NCBI GenBank assembly: GCA_963820625.1
Contig: CAWGAV010000020.1
Span: 138 to 64,137 of the forward strand
Reading direction: 5' to 3'
Origin: an uncultured delta proteobacterium
Lineage (GTDB): Bacteria; Desulfobacterota; BSN033; UBA1163
Length of the DNA: 64,000 bases
Below the pieces are notes generated by a model. It worked only from the letters and a program-made list of their open reading frames with translations. It did not search any database and was not told the origin of the DNA. Positions 16,813 through 27,210 of the stretch are shown one piece after another. Position 1 is the stretch's first letter, and the number at the start of each line of letters is the position of its first letter. Made by a program: the position numbers and the translations under genes.

Positions 16813-17979
16813 ATGTGCAATTCTATGGACGATCGAATTATACTTCATATAGACATGGATGCTTTTTTTATTTCGGTGGAACAGAGGGATAATCCCGCAC
16901 TAATGGGAAAACCTGCGGCGGTTTGTGGCTCTCTTTCCCGAAGTGTGGTCACTTCAGCCACCTATGAGGCAAGGCCTTTTGGAATTCGAGCAGGGATGTC
17001 GACCCAGGAGGCAAAAGGGCGTTGTCCCCAGTTGATTCTTGTGGAGGGGAACCATTCGAAATATACGGAAACCGCAGCCCGAATTTTTTCTATTCTGAAA
17101 GGACAGACGCCCCTGGTGGAGATCGCCTCCATTGACGAGGCCTATCTCGATATCACCCAATCCCTGCTCCTCTTCCATTCTCCTCTCCTCATTGCCCAAT
17201 CGATCAAAGAACGAATTGGGGGAAGTGAACAATTGACCTGTTCCATCGGAGTGGCTCCGAATAAACTTCTTGCCAAGTTGGGAAGTCGTCTAAAAAAACC
17301 TGATGGTTTGGTGATAATTCCAAAAGAGGAGGTGGAGGAGATATTAAAGGATCTTCCCGTATCGAAACTCAATGGGATTGGTCCAAAGCTTGGAGAGGCG
17401 TTAAATTCGATAAGCATATTTACTTGTGGACAATTGGGAAAGTTTCCGGTTTCTGTTTTAACCAAAAGGTTTGGTGTCATCGGCGAGAGACTCCACGAGA
17501 TGGGTTTGGGATGGGAAGATAGTCCGGTCGTACCTTTTGATGAGGAGGAGGATACCAAATCAATGAGCCACAGCGTCACCCTCGAAGAGGATACCTCTGA
17601 CCCAAATATCCTGAGAAAAGTTTTGCTTCAACTTTCCGAAAAGGTTTCCAGAAGGATGAGGAGGGAAAAGTTCTATGGGAAGAGGATTGCCATTACGGTC
17701 CGTTATTCAGATTTTTTTACCTTCTCAAAACAAAGGACCCTTTCTAAATGGATGAATAGCGGTAATGAAATATTTCAACACGCCTTTGAGATTTTTGAAT
17801 CGATTCCCCATCCAAAACCAATTCGTCTCCTCGGAGTGGGGATTTCTCAATTGAAAAAAGAGTGGTGCCAGTTGGATCTTTTTGAAAGGAAGGATAAAAA
17901 GGAAACCCTTCTCAAAGCAATGGATCGAATCAATGAACGATTCGGAGATTGGACCTTAACCTGGGCAGGGCTTTATTGA
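16813..17979 (+). CDS. dinB: DNA polymerase IV (Y-family)
   Basis: ILHIDMDAFFISVEQRDNP...SIDEAYLDIT...GVAPNKLLAKL...LNGIGPK. Likely start at Met 16825. Confidence 0.9.
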   Translation: MCNSMDDRIILHIDMDAFFISVEQRDNPALMGKPAAVCGSLSRSVVTSATYEARPFGIRAGMSTQEAKGRCPQLILVEGNHSKYTETAARIFSILKGQTPLVEIASIDEAYLDITQSLLLFHSPLLIAQSIKERIGGSEQLTCSIGVAPNKLLAKLGSRLKKPDGLVIIPKEEVEEILKDLPVSKLNGIGPKLGEALNSISIFTCGQLGKFPVSVLTKRFGVIGERLHEMGLGWEDSPVVPFDEEEDTKSMSHSVTLEEDTSDPNILRKVLLQLSEKVSRRMRREKFYGKRIAITVRYSDFFTFSKQRTLSKWMNSGNEIFQHAFEIFESIPHPKPIRLLGVGISQLKKEWCQLDLFERKDKKETLLKAMDRINERFGDWTLTWAGLY

Positions 17980-18028
17980 GTGCGAAATGCAGAGTGCGGA
18001 ATGCGGAATGGGGTGAGATAAAGAACCA

Positions 18029-18054
18029 TGTAGCGTCGGCATTCACTGCCGACG
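18029..18054 (+). repeat. REP unit tgtagcgtcggcattcactgccgacg
   Basis: 8-bp stem hairpin. Inverted copy at 12612-12638. Confidence 0.7.
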
Positions 18055-18178
18055 AATGAGTCTTGCACGGATTTATCTTTACGTTGATTTTTAACACCAT
18101 TTCATATAGAGTGAACCCAAGAAAAAATCATAGGGGTATACTATCTAAAAAGTTCGTCAATATTTACAGATTAGGAAT

Positions 18179-18200
18179 ATATCCGAATCCATTCGGATAT
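18179..18200. promoter_or_regulatory. perfect 10-2-10 palindrome ATATCCGAAT-CC-ATTCGGATAT upstream of the R-M genes (possible operator)
   Basis: Read directly. The 2-nt spacer argues for a protein-binding site rather than an RNA hairpin. Confidence 0.3.
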
Positions 18201-18421
18201 GAACGAATTATCCGCTCATTGCAGGCATTAATGAGGAGATGCATTTGATAGTAAATATCAGAGCAACGGTTCTATTTTTGAAATGCCCATAACGGCAGGT
18301 AACAAAGTGCTTGAGATTAAAAACCTAAAGGCTTTGCCTTTCTGAAGCGCTGAGAAGGTTAGGCGAAACAGTGGCTTTAAGGGGGAAAAGAGCATGAAAT
18401 CCATTATCAATTTCTTGACGG

Positions 18422-19978
18422 GTGTCATCCCCTCATATTATCATCAACCTATACTTGGTAGATGAATTTATGAAACTAACATCAACACATCTGCAAGATA
18501 ACACGCTTTTTCCTCTCAAAGGGAAATTAATTGAACCTATCGGTATCAACCTTGAGAATCAAACACATATTACTACTAAACAGCAGACTGTTTTGGAAAG
18601 GATAAATGCCCTTGATAGCAGATTAACGCAGCACTTTCACAACAAAATCAAGCTCCAACCAGCATTAACACGTCAACTTGTTAGCTTTCAAGCCAACAAA
18701 CATAGGCCAACCTACCGCTGGTATAAATACAAAGAGGCTTTTTCCGCATCTCTCATTGAAATTTTGTTGTCCAAATATGGAATTAGATCTGGCAAGGTAC
18801 TTGATCCATTTGCAGGGAGTGGCACGGCCTTGTTTGCAGCAAGCGATACCGGGATTGATGCTGATGGGATTGAACTGCTTCCTGTCGGGCAACAGATTAT
18901 TCTTGCAAGAAAATGTTTGGAGAAAGAATTTACTACAGATGATTTCGCCACGCTTAAACGTTGGGGGACAGATCGTCCCTGGTCTCAATCAAAAATAAAA
19001 ATACCTCTTTCTAAGTTGCGGATCACTGACGGAGCCTATCCAAAGCAAACGATTGAATTAATCGAACAGTATATGGGGGCCTGGCAGAGCGAAAACAACC
19101 GAGTTCAGTCTGTATTACGATTTGCCTTGTTATGTGTACTGGAGTCAATTAGTTTTACCCGCAAGGATGGGCAGTATCTCCGATGGGATTATCGTTCAGG
19201 TCGCCGGCAGGGGACACAGCCTTTCAACAAAGGAGGGATAATCAATTTCGATAAGGCAATTTGTGCCAAAATTAGTGAGATTTGTCATGATTTAGATGTA
19301 AGTAAGGAACCCAGTCAGCTTTTCTCCTCAAAAGTTCTACAAGGTGACATTCGTCTTTTTTGTGGTTCCTGCCTCGACATAATGCCTACACTGCCTGAGA
19401 ACTTATACGACGCAGTGATGACATCCCCTCCTTATTGTAACCGCTATGACTATACAAGGACATATGCATTAGAGTTAGCCTTACTTGGGATAGGAGAAGA
19501 TGAACTTAGCAGGCTTAGACAAGAAATGTTAAGCTGTACAGTCGAAAATAGGGCCAAGGACTTATTGAAGATCAATCCGGAATGGACAAGCGCGATAGCG
19601 GCTGCAGACAGTCAAGAGTTGTTACAGGTTATCTTGCGTTATCTTGAGGACGAAAAAGCTGAAGGTCGTTTAAACAATAACGGCATTCCCAGAATGATAC
19701 GTGGCTATTTCTATGAAATGGCCTGCATTATTTGTGAGTGTGCTCGTGTTATGAAAGCAAATACCCCCTTATTTATGGTAAATGATAACGTGCGCTATGC
19801 AGGCGCAAGTATTTCAGTTGATATGATCCTTTCTAATATCGCAGAAAAATTGGGATTCAATGTAGAAAACATCCTTGTTTTGCCAAACGGTAAAGGCAAT
19901 AGCAGCCAGCAAATGGGGAGACATGGCCGTGATCCATTAAGAAAGTGTGTTTACGTATGGAGAAAAAATAGTGGCTAA
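18422..19978 (+). CDS. type II DNA methyltransferase (amino-methyltransferase, N6-A or N4-C)
   Basis: AdoMet motif I is [15 protein letters not shown]. Catalytic motif IV is [12 protein letters not shown] about 200 aa downstream (motif I, then target-recognition region, then motif IV). Likely start at ATG 18470 (MKLTSTHL). Confidence 0.8.
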   Translation: MSSPHIIINLYLVDEFMKLTSTHLQDNTLFPLKGKLIEPIGINLENQTHITTKQQTVLERINALDSRLTQHFHNKIKLQPALTRQLVSFQANKHRPTYRWYKYKEAFSASLIEILLSKYGIRSGKVLDPFAGSGTALFAASDTGIDADGIELLPVGQQIILARKCLEKEFTTDDFATLKRWGTDRPWSQSKIKIPLSKLRITDGAYPKQTIELIEQYMGAWQSENNRVQSVLRFALLCVLESISFTRKDGQYLRWDYRSGRRQGTQPFNKGGIINFDKAICAKISEICHDLDVSKEPSQLFSSKVLQGDIRLFCGSCLDIMPTLPENLYDAVMTSPPYCNRYDYTRTYALELALLGIGEDELSRLRQEMLSCTVENRAKDLLKINPEWTSAIAAADSQELLQVILRYLEDEKAEGRLNNNGIPRMIRGYFYEMACIICECARVMKANTPLFMVNDNVRYAGASISVDMILSNIAEKLGFNVENILVLPNGKGNSSQQMGRHGRDPLRKCVYVWRKNSG

Positions 19979-20927
19979 AAACAAACCCCACCGCAAGCAC
20001 CTGTCCAGCGGCGACGACCTCATAACTACTTATGAAGAAATTAGAGCCGGTTTTGTCGCGTTAGCCTTAGAAAAAAACCGTAGAGCTACTCCTTTTGTCG
20101 AGCAAGCCCGCTCTTTAAAAGCAGCTGCATCTCAAGTCAAAACTCCTGCGGATTTACTTAATATTGAGAGCATACAACCTGCCCTCTTGACAGCTTCAGG
20201 CGTGTCAGACAAAGCAATGAATTATCTTTTGCCTCAAGACAGGATAGAAGCGATTCAAGGATTGATAGCAAAATACCTTGAACCTGCTGGGCCTGCGTTT
20301 GTTGAAGAATTAGTTTTTAGATTTTTGTTAACGAGGGGAGACACACTTGGGGGTTCAATGCGAAATATAGGCGGGGTCATGGGAGAGCGTAAGCTGACTC
20401 GTGCAACTCTTGCGAATCTTGCACTTGCGGGAATTCCCTATCAATGGCTTCACTCTGACAGTAAAGAGTGGATAATTGGGAAAAATGATGATGCTGATAT
20501 AGAATTATACCTTACTGCGCTTAGTTGGTCATACAAAGGTCGGGGTCGTACCATGATTTATAACCGCAGAGTACCTTTTATAGGCAAAAACATTGATTTA
20601 TGCCTTCTTAATTGTACTCCTCAAAATCTGAATAACGCCTTTACTACACCATCTCGCTACATTGCTCTTGGAGAACTCAAAGGTGGTATTGATCCGGCTG
20701 GAGCAGATGAACACTGGAAAACTGCAAGAACATCCTTAGCCCGTATACGAAAAGCGTTCTCTGATAACAAGTTATCACCCTATATATTTTTTGTTGGTGC
20801 GGCAATTGAAAACAGCATGGCAGAAGAAATCTGGCACCAGTTAGAAGACAGGACATTAAGCAATGCTGCCAATTTGACCAATGCAGATCAAGTTGCATCT
20901 TTGTGTGGATGGTTATGCAGTTTATAA
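19947..20927 (+). CDS. probable type II restriction endonuclease (partner of the methyltransferase)
   Basis: Overlaps the MTase stop and is on the same strand. No housekeeping similarity. Contains a [17 protein letters not shown] segment reminiscent of PD-(D/E)XK-type REase cores. Assignment rests mainly on context. Confidence 0.55.
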   Translation: MFTYGEKIVAKNKPHRKHLSSGDDLITTYEEIRAGFVALALEKNRRATPFVEQARSLKAAASQVKTPADLLNIESIQPALLTASGVSDKAMNYLLPQDRIEAIQGLIAKYLEPAGPAFVEELVFRFLLTRGDTLGGSMRNIGGVMGERKLTRATLANLALAGIPYQWLHSDSKEWIIGKNDDADIELYLTALSWSYKGRGRTMIYNRRVPFIGKNIDLCLLNCTPQNLNNAFTTPSRYIALGELKGGIDPAGADEHWKTARTSLARIRKAFSDNKLSPYIFFVGAAIENSMAEEIWHQLEDRTLSNAANLTNADQVASLCGWLCSL

Positions 20928-21183
20928 CGAAACATATTTAAAATAACGCCGCACCGGACAGATAACAACACATTGGCACTCTGGCCCTTCGGGAAACAGC
21001 CGGGCGTTAAGCCGGATTCTATCGACCGTGGCCTGGCTGCTTCGCCAATGCACAACGTTAACCGCTCATTGCAGAGAGAAAAAATGAAGTGATAAAAATA
21101 GAACAACCGCCCAGTTTCGGAGTCCCGTTTCGGGAAACGTTACGTGACTGTATATGTATTTTTTGGAAAATGGGAGGTATGAA

Positions 21184-21393
21184 ATGAATATTGTTTACAA
21201 TGATAAAATGGATCTTCTTTATATCAGATTTGATGACAGAAAGCAGGATGTTATAAACCGGCGAATTTCTGAAGACATTGTTCTGGATATTGGGGAGAAT
21301 GATAGAATTGTGGGTATTGAAATTCTCGATGCCTCAAAGCGTATAACCCTTGATAGAATCCTACCTGTTAAATATGAAGTCTCAAGAACATAA
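21184..21393 (+). CDS. DUF2283-like small protein (antitoxin-like), orphan
   Basis: MNIVYNDKMDLLYIRFDD...DIGENDRIVGIEILDASK matches the DUF2283 pattern. GGGAGG lies upstream of ATG 21184. Confidence 0.6.
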   Translation: MNIVYNDKMDLLYIRFDDRKQDVINRRISEDIVLDIGENDRIVGIEILDASKRITLDRILPVKYEVSRT

Positions 21394-21457
21394 AATTTTG
21401 TATGTACCAGACCAATAAGCTGTTAATCAAAGTCCATCTTCCCCCTGAGAGAATTTA

Positions 21458-24400
21458 TCACCCCCTAACTCCTTTCAGCAATTTTTCAACTTGATATTCG
21501 GATTTCTCTTCGACCTCCTGCCATGTTTGTATGATTGAGTAACACCTTTCTAATTCTGCAACCACGGCATTGACGGGACGGAGAGGATCGGAGCCGATGG
21601 CCAAGGCTGCCACCATCATCAACCACCACAACATCTCCTCGAATGCTTCTTTGTTGAACCACCAAATATCATTGTACTGGTTCACTTTTAAGAATTGTCG
21701 AACCTCACCATCCTTCAACAATGATTCTAAGATCGCATAGGCTTGTTTTTGACCAGATGGTTTCACCTCAAACCATCTTTGGTGACCCGTGAGCAATTTG
21801 ATGCCTGTCAATGAACTCCACATGATGGTTTCCTCCAGCCCTAAATCCTTCAGCACACTCACGATTGTTTTGCCCAGCCCCCATCCATCGATCCAACTAC
21901 GACTCTGTCCTGCGAAGTCCCTTTGATTGACTACCTTACCTAGGGCGTGGACAAATAACCAACTGAAAAGTGTAGCCCAGGTGTATGGCGAATCGGTCAG
22001 TTTCTTATGCAGGTATTCTGCCGCTGCTTTGACTCCTTTGGGTTGGAGTTGTGAGAAGCGGCTGGTAATGATGGGTAGGTACAGGATAGCTTCCAGTTTA
22101 CGCCTTAAATCTCGAGCAATCGTTGCCTCATCTTCTCCCCCCGCGCTGAGCGCTTTAGTTTTCCGGAGGAGGTCGATCGTTTTCTTTTCTATCTCTTCCA
22201 TGAGGTTCTGATCTAATTGAGCCTGTGGTTGGGTGATGCGCGCCTCCATCAAACGACGGAACATATCTGCATTGACTAGCTCCTTTAAAAGCGTCCTGAA
22301 GAGGTTTCAACAACATTTCTTTCAATGACTCTTCAATACTGGGTACGCTACGACCATTTAAAGAGTTGGCTATTTGGGAATAATGATGCCACTGGTTATC
22401 CCGAACTTCTCTAAAATCGATGAACACATGATATTTATAGGCGCCCAGTTCCACATACAACCCTTTTTCACACAATTCCCTGCTGTTACGAATGTACTCC
22501 AAGCCGATCGCATTGTCCCTGAAAATGCAGAAATAGGCTGGATCATCATGCAATCCAAGGCCTTCTCCTAAGTCTTTCTGAATCAATGCACGTTCATCCC
22601 CTTCGCCGGTCTTAACCGAATAGGCAACGGAAGACCGGACCCATCCTCGAGCAGAATCATATTTGTTATGATAGATGACCAGAGCTCGCTCATCCCCGGA
22701 GCGATTGGAGTAGGCGAAAACATTTTCATTGACATAACCCTCTGGAGTGAAAAAATCGTAGAGCAGGAAATCTTTTACATCAGAAAAAAGATGGCGGCGC
22801 TTCATCAGTGGAAAAATCTCTCTTTCATGCCGGTGGATCAATTCCTGGTCAAGCTGTTCATCCCATTTGGCATACCGGTATTCCATCCCATATTTTTCGT
22901 TGAATCCCTCGATCTGACCGTGAGCGAACATGGGGAGTCCGGGCATGGTCACCATCATCGTGCATACGCCGAAATACTTATCTCCCTTTCCGAATTGAGT
23001 CAAAGGCCGTCTCCTCGTCTGGATTACTCATAAAATTGACGAAGCGCTTGAGAACCTCAGGATTGAATTCCAGGGTGTTTTTCATGACGGAACGGTATTT
23101 GGAGTTTTCTTCATCCTTCAGCATATTCATAAAAGCGCTGTTATAAACGCGATGCATCCCCAATGTTCGGACAAAGTACCCCTCCAACAACCAGAAGGCT
23201 TCGGCCAGTAATAATGTATCAGGGGCTTCTTGAGCCACACGGTCTACCACCTGGCGCCAGAATTCTTCGGGCATGAGACGATTGAATTGTTCTCTGGGCA
23301 TAGCCATATTCAGCTCGCGAAGGGATGGCTCCGCCGGTGCCTGGTTCCGGAAACCACAAGCGTTGAAAATGTCTCTTCGTCAGGGTCATGGCAGCATCGA
23401 AACGGATGACAGGAAATTTTCGAGCGACGTGGAGGATCGTTTGAATGACCGCCTCTCTCACTTCAGGGTTAAGGTAGTTCAACTGGGCAGTATCATTCCA
23501 GGGCATACGGGTACCGTCGTTGCCATGATAGATAAACTTTTCATTCCCGTTTCGGCGATCCACCCTTTTGAAGACCACCGCTGCGTCACTCCGGTCGAAA
23601 TAATGATCTTCAAGATGGATTCCTACCTCTCCATGCCAGGACAGGTCAGGTCCACTAAAACGATAAGCAGGGAAAGGACTGTAATCCAGGGAAATGAACC
23701 ACTCCGGATGTTCAATGACCCATCTGGAGTCAATTCCCACATGGTTTGGTACCATATCGCTTGCCATGCGGATGCCCCGCCCCCAGGCCCGGTCTTTTAA
23801 ATTCTGAAAGGCTTCTTCACCTCCGAGGTCGCTTGCGATCTGGTAATCGAACAGGGAATAAGCCGAAGCCACTGCATCGGGATCGCCCAATACCTCCTTG
23901 ATTCTCTTTGATGCAAGACTCCTCTCCCACACACCGATGAGCCACAAGCCGGTAAAACCCCAACGGGATAAGAAGTTCAGTTCTTCATCAGGGATTTGGT
24001 CGAGCCGGTAGATGGAACGCCGATATTTCCTGGAGAGTTGATGGAGCCACACATAAACATTTTTTGCCATGAGCACCAAACTGGGCATCCAATCCAGATC
24101 AAGGCTAAAGCGCTCTGGTTCTTCCCCCATTCCGAGAAATTCATAAACCTCCGCAGGAGCACGACCCCAAAATGCCATTCTCCGCAATTCCGCAATTTCT
24201 TCTTCTTTAATCAGGTCAAGACTGCTGAGAAGTTGCAGGAGATAAGGACCCAGCAAGTAACCCCATTTTACCCGGATGTATTCCAGCTGTCCTGAGAGCG
24301 ATTGGGGAACAGCCAGAGCAGGGCTACGAAGCATGTCCACTAGATTCTGGTGATCAGGACCAAACAAGGGTTGGTTGTCAAAGAATGGATATAGAGCTTC

Positions 24401-25003
24401 AATGATTTGCAAGTAAGACGTATCTTTTTCGAGTGCGGAGTCATCGAACAACTCCATAAAGGGAGAAAAAGCAGGGTCCATGTTGGCCAGCCAGAGCATG
24501 AGCATCTCTTCCAATACAATCAAGCGATGAGGGACATCCGCTGTCTCTCCCTCTAAGTAGGTATCGAATTCCACTTCACGTCGATAGACAGCCACCGCTG
24601 GAAATTCCTCCGCAAATTTCTGGAGGGCCTCATCCATTTTTTGTTTACCCAGCTTTTCATAGAGCCAATTCAGTGCTTGTTGCATCACTTGTGAATTTTT
24701 TTCACCGCGATATAGGCCGATGATGTAATGGAGGATTTCGTCAATCAACCCCATGGCATTGATCTGACCAGCTTTGATGGCTTGATCGGGGAAGTTGACC
24801 AAATCTCTTTTTTCATTCATCCTCTGAGCAAATAATCTTGCGGCATGAAAGTTGGGGACGATGACATTTCCACTAAGGGAAAATAGGGATTGATCAAATT
24901 GGTAGAGGTCCCGTGATTTCCGGGAGATATGAAATTCCATCACCACAGGGTTCTTCTTTTGTGTCATACTGTCAAATATAGGCCATTCCCCTGATGGACT
25001 CAA
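21458..25003 (-). pseudogene. large GH13 alpha-amylase-family protein (about 1180 aa) broken by three +1 frameshifts
   Basis: Four tracked ORFs (23219..25003, 22978..23307, 22155..23003, 21458..22264) join into one protein. GH13 region I is ASDMVPNH, region II is VIRFDAAMTL, region III is LLLAEAFW and region IV is FMSNPDE. Shifts at about 23290, about 23000 (TTT run) and about 22270 (TTTTAAAGG). Confidence 0.8.
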
Positions 25004-25141
25004 GAGAAATTATGGGTCTTCTCTTTGGGTGAATGATAAGGAAGATCATAAAAATGATATCTTGTAGAGCAAAAAGAAAAGGATTATAATTTTTTCAATC
25101 AACAAACAGGAACTAATTTAAGAGAAAAAGGAGGAAGGATT

Positions 25142-25474
25142 ATGCCATTAATTAGAAAAAGGCGAATTTGGTGGGAGCCTGTCCCTGAAGCTACAAGCTA
25201 TGTCATATATGTTAGCAAAGACAGAGACATATTTGAACCCTCCAAATTTTCATGGGAGGCCACCCCTGGAATCATTTCCAAGTTAATCAATGGGAAGGCT
25301 GAGTTGATTATTCCCGATGAGTGGCCCGAGTTTCCGAAAGAACCTGCAACTTACTATATAGGGATTACATCCCAAGACGACGTGGGGAACCAAAGCGACC
25401 CTTTTTTATCTCAGGGGGTATTCAAATTCATTCCCCCACTCCCCCCATCGAATGGCGGGATCGAGAATCTCTGA
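25142..25474 (+). CDS. Fn3-like small domain protein (possibly the N-terminal part of the next ORF)
   Basis: WWEPVPEATSYVIYVS is an Fn3-like signature. The ORF ends just after a C6 run (25441-25446), where the next ORF's frame is already open. Confidence 0.4.
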   Translation: MPLIRKRRIWWEPVPEATSYVIYVSKDRDIFEPSKFSWEATPGIISKLINGKAELIIPDEWPEFPKEPATYYIGITSQDDVGNQSDPFLSQGVFKFIPPLPPSNGGIENL

Positions 25475-26202
25475 TTGAACGGCCTTTTATCATTGAATGG
25501 CTGCGTTATACGAAAAGTGCTCTTGATTCTATCAGAAACTTGACAGAACTTGCCCGGGTGAAATTGAGCGACAGAGAATTCGGTGAGTTTTTTTACCGAT
25601 CTGTCACAAAGGATATCGGGAAAGCCGATCTTTTGCTGGAAGGTTTTCTCAAATATCTCGTGGTCAACACTCCTCTCAAAAAAAAGGATACCATTCACAG
25701 AATGATCGAAGAGGTATTGAAGAAGTACCAAGTTCAATTGGAATCAAAAAAAATCAAATTATCTAAAAATTTTGAAAAGGATCTTCCTGAAACGATCGTT
25801 CCCGATGAACCATTGAGATATATTTTGAATTCCATTCTTCAATACGGAGTGAACTCGGTCACTCCCAATGGATATATGGGATTTTTGACAAAGACATACC
25901 TTTTTAAGGGGGAGGAGCTGACTCAATCTGATTTAAGAAAGGATGGGAGGTATGTCGAGATTGAAATGTTTTTTACAGGTTATAGGAAGGAGAAAGAGCA
26001 ATTTGAGGAAAGTTTAACCTTTCATGAAGAAGAACCATTAGATCTCATATTACGATTGGTTAAGGAGATTGTTCGGAGGAATCAAGGAATCATGCGATTT
26101 GAAACGGATGAAAAGAAGAGAAAGACATTTATTTCCATAAGATTTCCTTCTGAAAGAAGAGAAATTGTCCATTATCAATCCATGAATCAATTTATGAATT
26201 GA
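25321..26202 (+). CDS. histidine-kinase-like ATPase protein with a His-less DHp-like helix
   Basis: IIEWLRYTKSALDSIRNLTELAR resembles an H-box lacking the His. C-terminal HATPase_c-like region: LRYILNSILQYGVNS...VEIEMFFTG...LVKEIVRRNQGIMRF. No canonical start codon near the domain start. Confidence 0.5.
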   Translation: MARVSERTCNLLYRDYIPRRRGEPKRPFFISGGIQIHSPTPPIEWRDRESLIERPFIIEWLRYTKSALDSIRNLTELARVKLSDREFGEFFYRSVTKDIGKADLLLEGFLKYLVVNTPLKKKDTIHRMIEEVLKKYQVQLESKKIKLSKNFEKDLPETIVPDEPLRYILNSILQYGVNSVTPNGYMGFLTKTYLFKGEELTQSDLRKDGRYVEIEMFFTGYRKEKEQFEESLTFHEEEPLDLILRLVKEIVRRNQGIMRFETDEKKRKTFISIRFPSERREIVHYQSMNQFMN

Positions 26203-26226
26203 AATCACCATCATTTTCGTATTCCA

Positions 26227-26457
26227 ATGCTGACTCATTTAAGATTGAGAAAGAAAAAGAAGAGAGCCAATGTTACTTGCCCGATTTGTCATGGAAATAA
26301 CATTGAACTCATCAATGAAAGCGTTGAAGAAGGGTATTGGAAAAAGGAAGAATATTTCTGTTGCGATTGTGAATGCGAATGGGACTGGACGTTTCGGCGC
26401 CCATTTTTGCGCCCCCGTCTAAAGATTAGGTCGCCGAAATGGGTGAGGATAGAGTAA
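26227..26457 (+). CDS. small Cys-rich (zinc-ribbon-like) protein
   Basis: CPICHG ... CCDCEC. 76 aa. Confidence 0.4.
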   Translation: MLTHLRLRKKKKRANVTCPICHGNNIELINESVEEGYWKKEEYFCCDCECEWDWTFRRPFLRPRLKIRSPKWVRIE

Positions 26458-26761
26458 TTTGCCGATAGACGTAAATCATCTCGCACAATTCTTATTGACT
26501 TTCTCGTTCCATATTAGTAGGCTTCTATCAAAACATAAGGTTTGAAAATAATCAAATCCATCAAGACCTTTTGGAGCCGTTTATGAGACGGGATTTTCAG
26601 AAGGTACCCCTATAGAGCCTCCAGAGGAATTATTACATTCCTTTGGAGGCTCTCTTGATTTTATACCTAATCAATCGTGAAGTATCGCAATCAGACTAAA
26701 TAATTTGGTTCGTCTAAGAGAGAGCAGGATCGTTCGGAGCACATGAGCGAGGAGGTGGGCC

Positions 26762-27136
26762 ATGTTTCGCATCAGGAGAGGGAGGGTCTGGGTTGCCATT
26801 TTTTTAGGATTGCTCATTTTCATTCCAATCGCGCAAGCGGAAGAAACTTTTCATGTCATGGGATGCAGTTCTGGGACATTCACAATGCTATCAGAGAGCA
26901 AACCATTGACCGTCTTCAACATTGTGGGAAAGGGCATTGCCAGGGGCATTAGAGGAAGCAAGGTTTTTGATAACATGACTTGGAATTTCGTTGCTGTTCT
27001 TCGGATTTTGGATGGCAATACAGTAGGAATGGGTTATTACAAGTTCACGGACACCGATGGGGACTTTTTTGTCTTAGAGGGTTCTGGCGACACGGTCAAA
27101 GTAAGTTTATCATGCGCGGCAAACCTGTACCCTTAG
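26762..27136 (+). CDS. small secreted hypothetical protein (possibly frameshifted, continuing to 27189)
   Basis: Signal peptide VWVAIFLGLLIFIPIAQA. Overlapping frame 26980..27189 gives a protein-like tail (SKFIMRGKPVPLETEQYWCRIIGTIHLQE). Confidence 0.4.
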   Translation: MFRIRRGRVWVAIFLGLLIFIPIAQAEETFHVMGCSSGTFTMLSESKPLTVFNIVGKGIARGIRGSKVFDNMTWNFVAVLRILDGNTVGMGYYKFTDTDGDFFVLEGSGDTVKVSLSCAANLYP

Positions 27137-27210
27137 AGACAGAACAATATTGGTGCAGGATCATTGGAACCATTCATTTGCAGGAATAGGAATCCAAAAG
27201 CGAATTTAGA

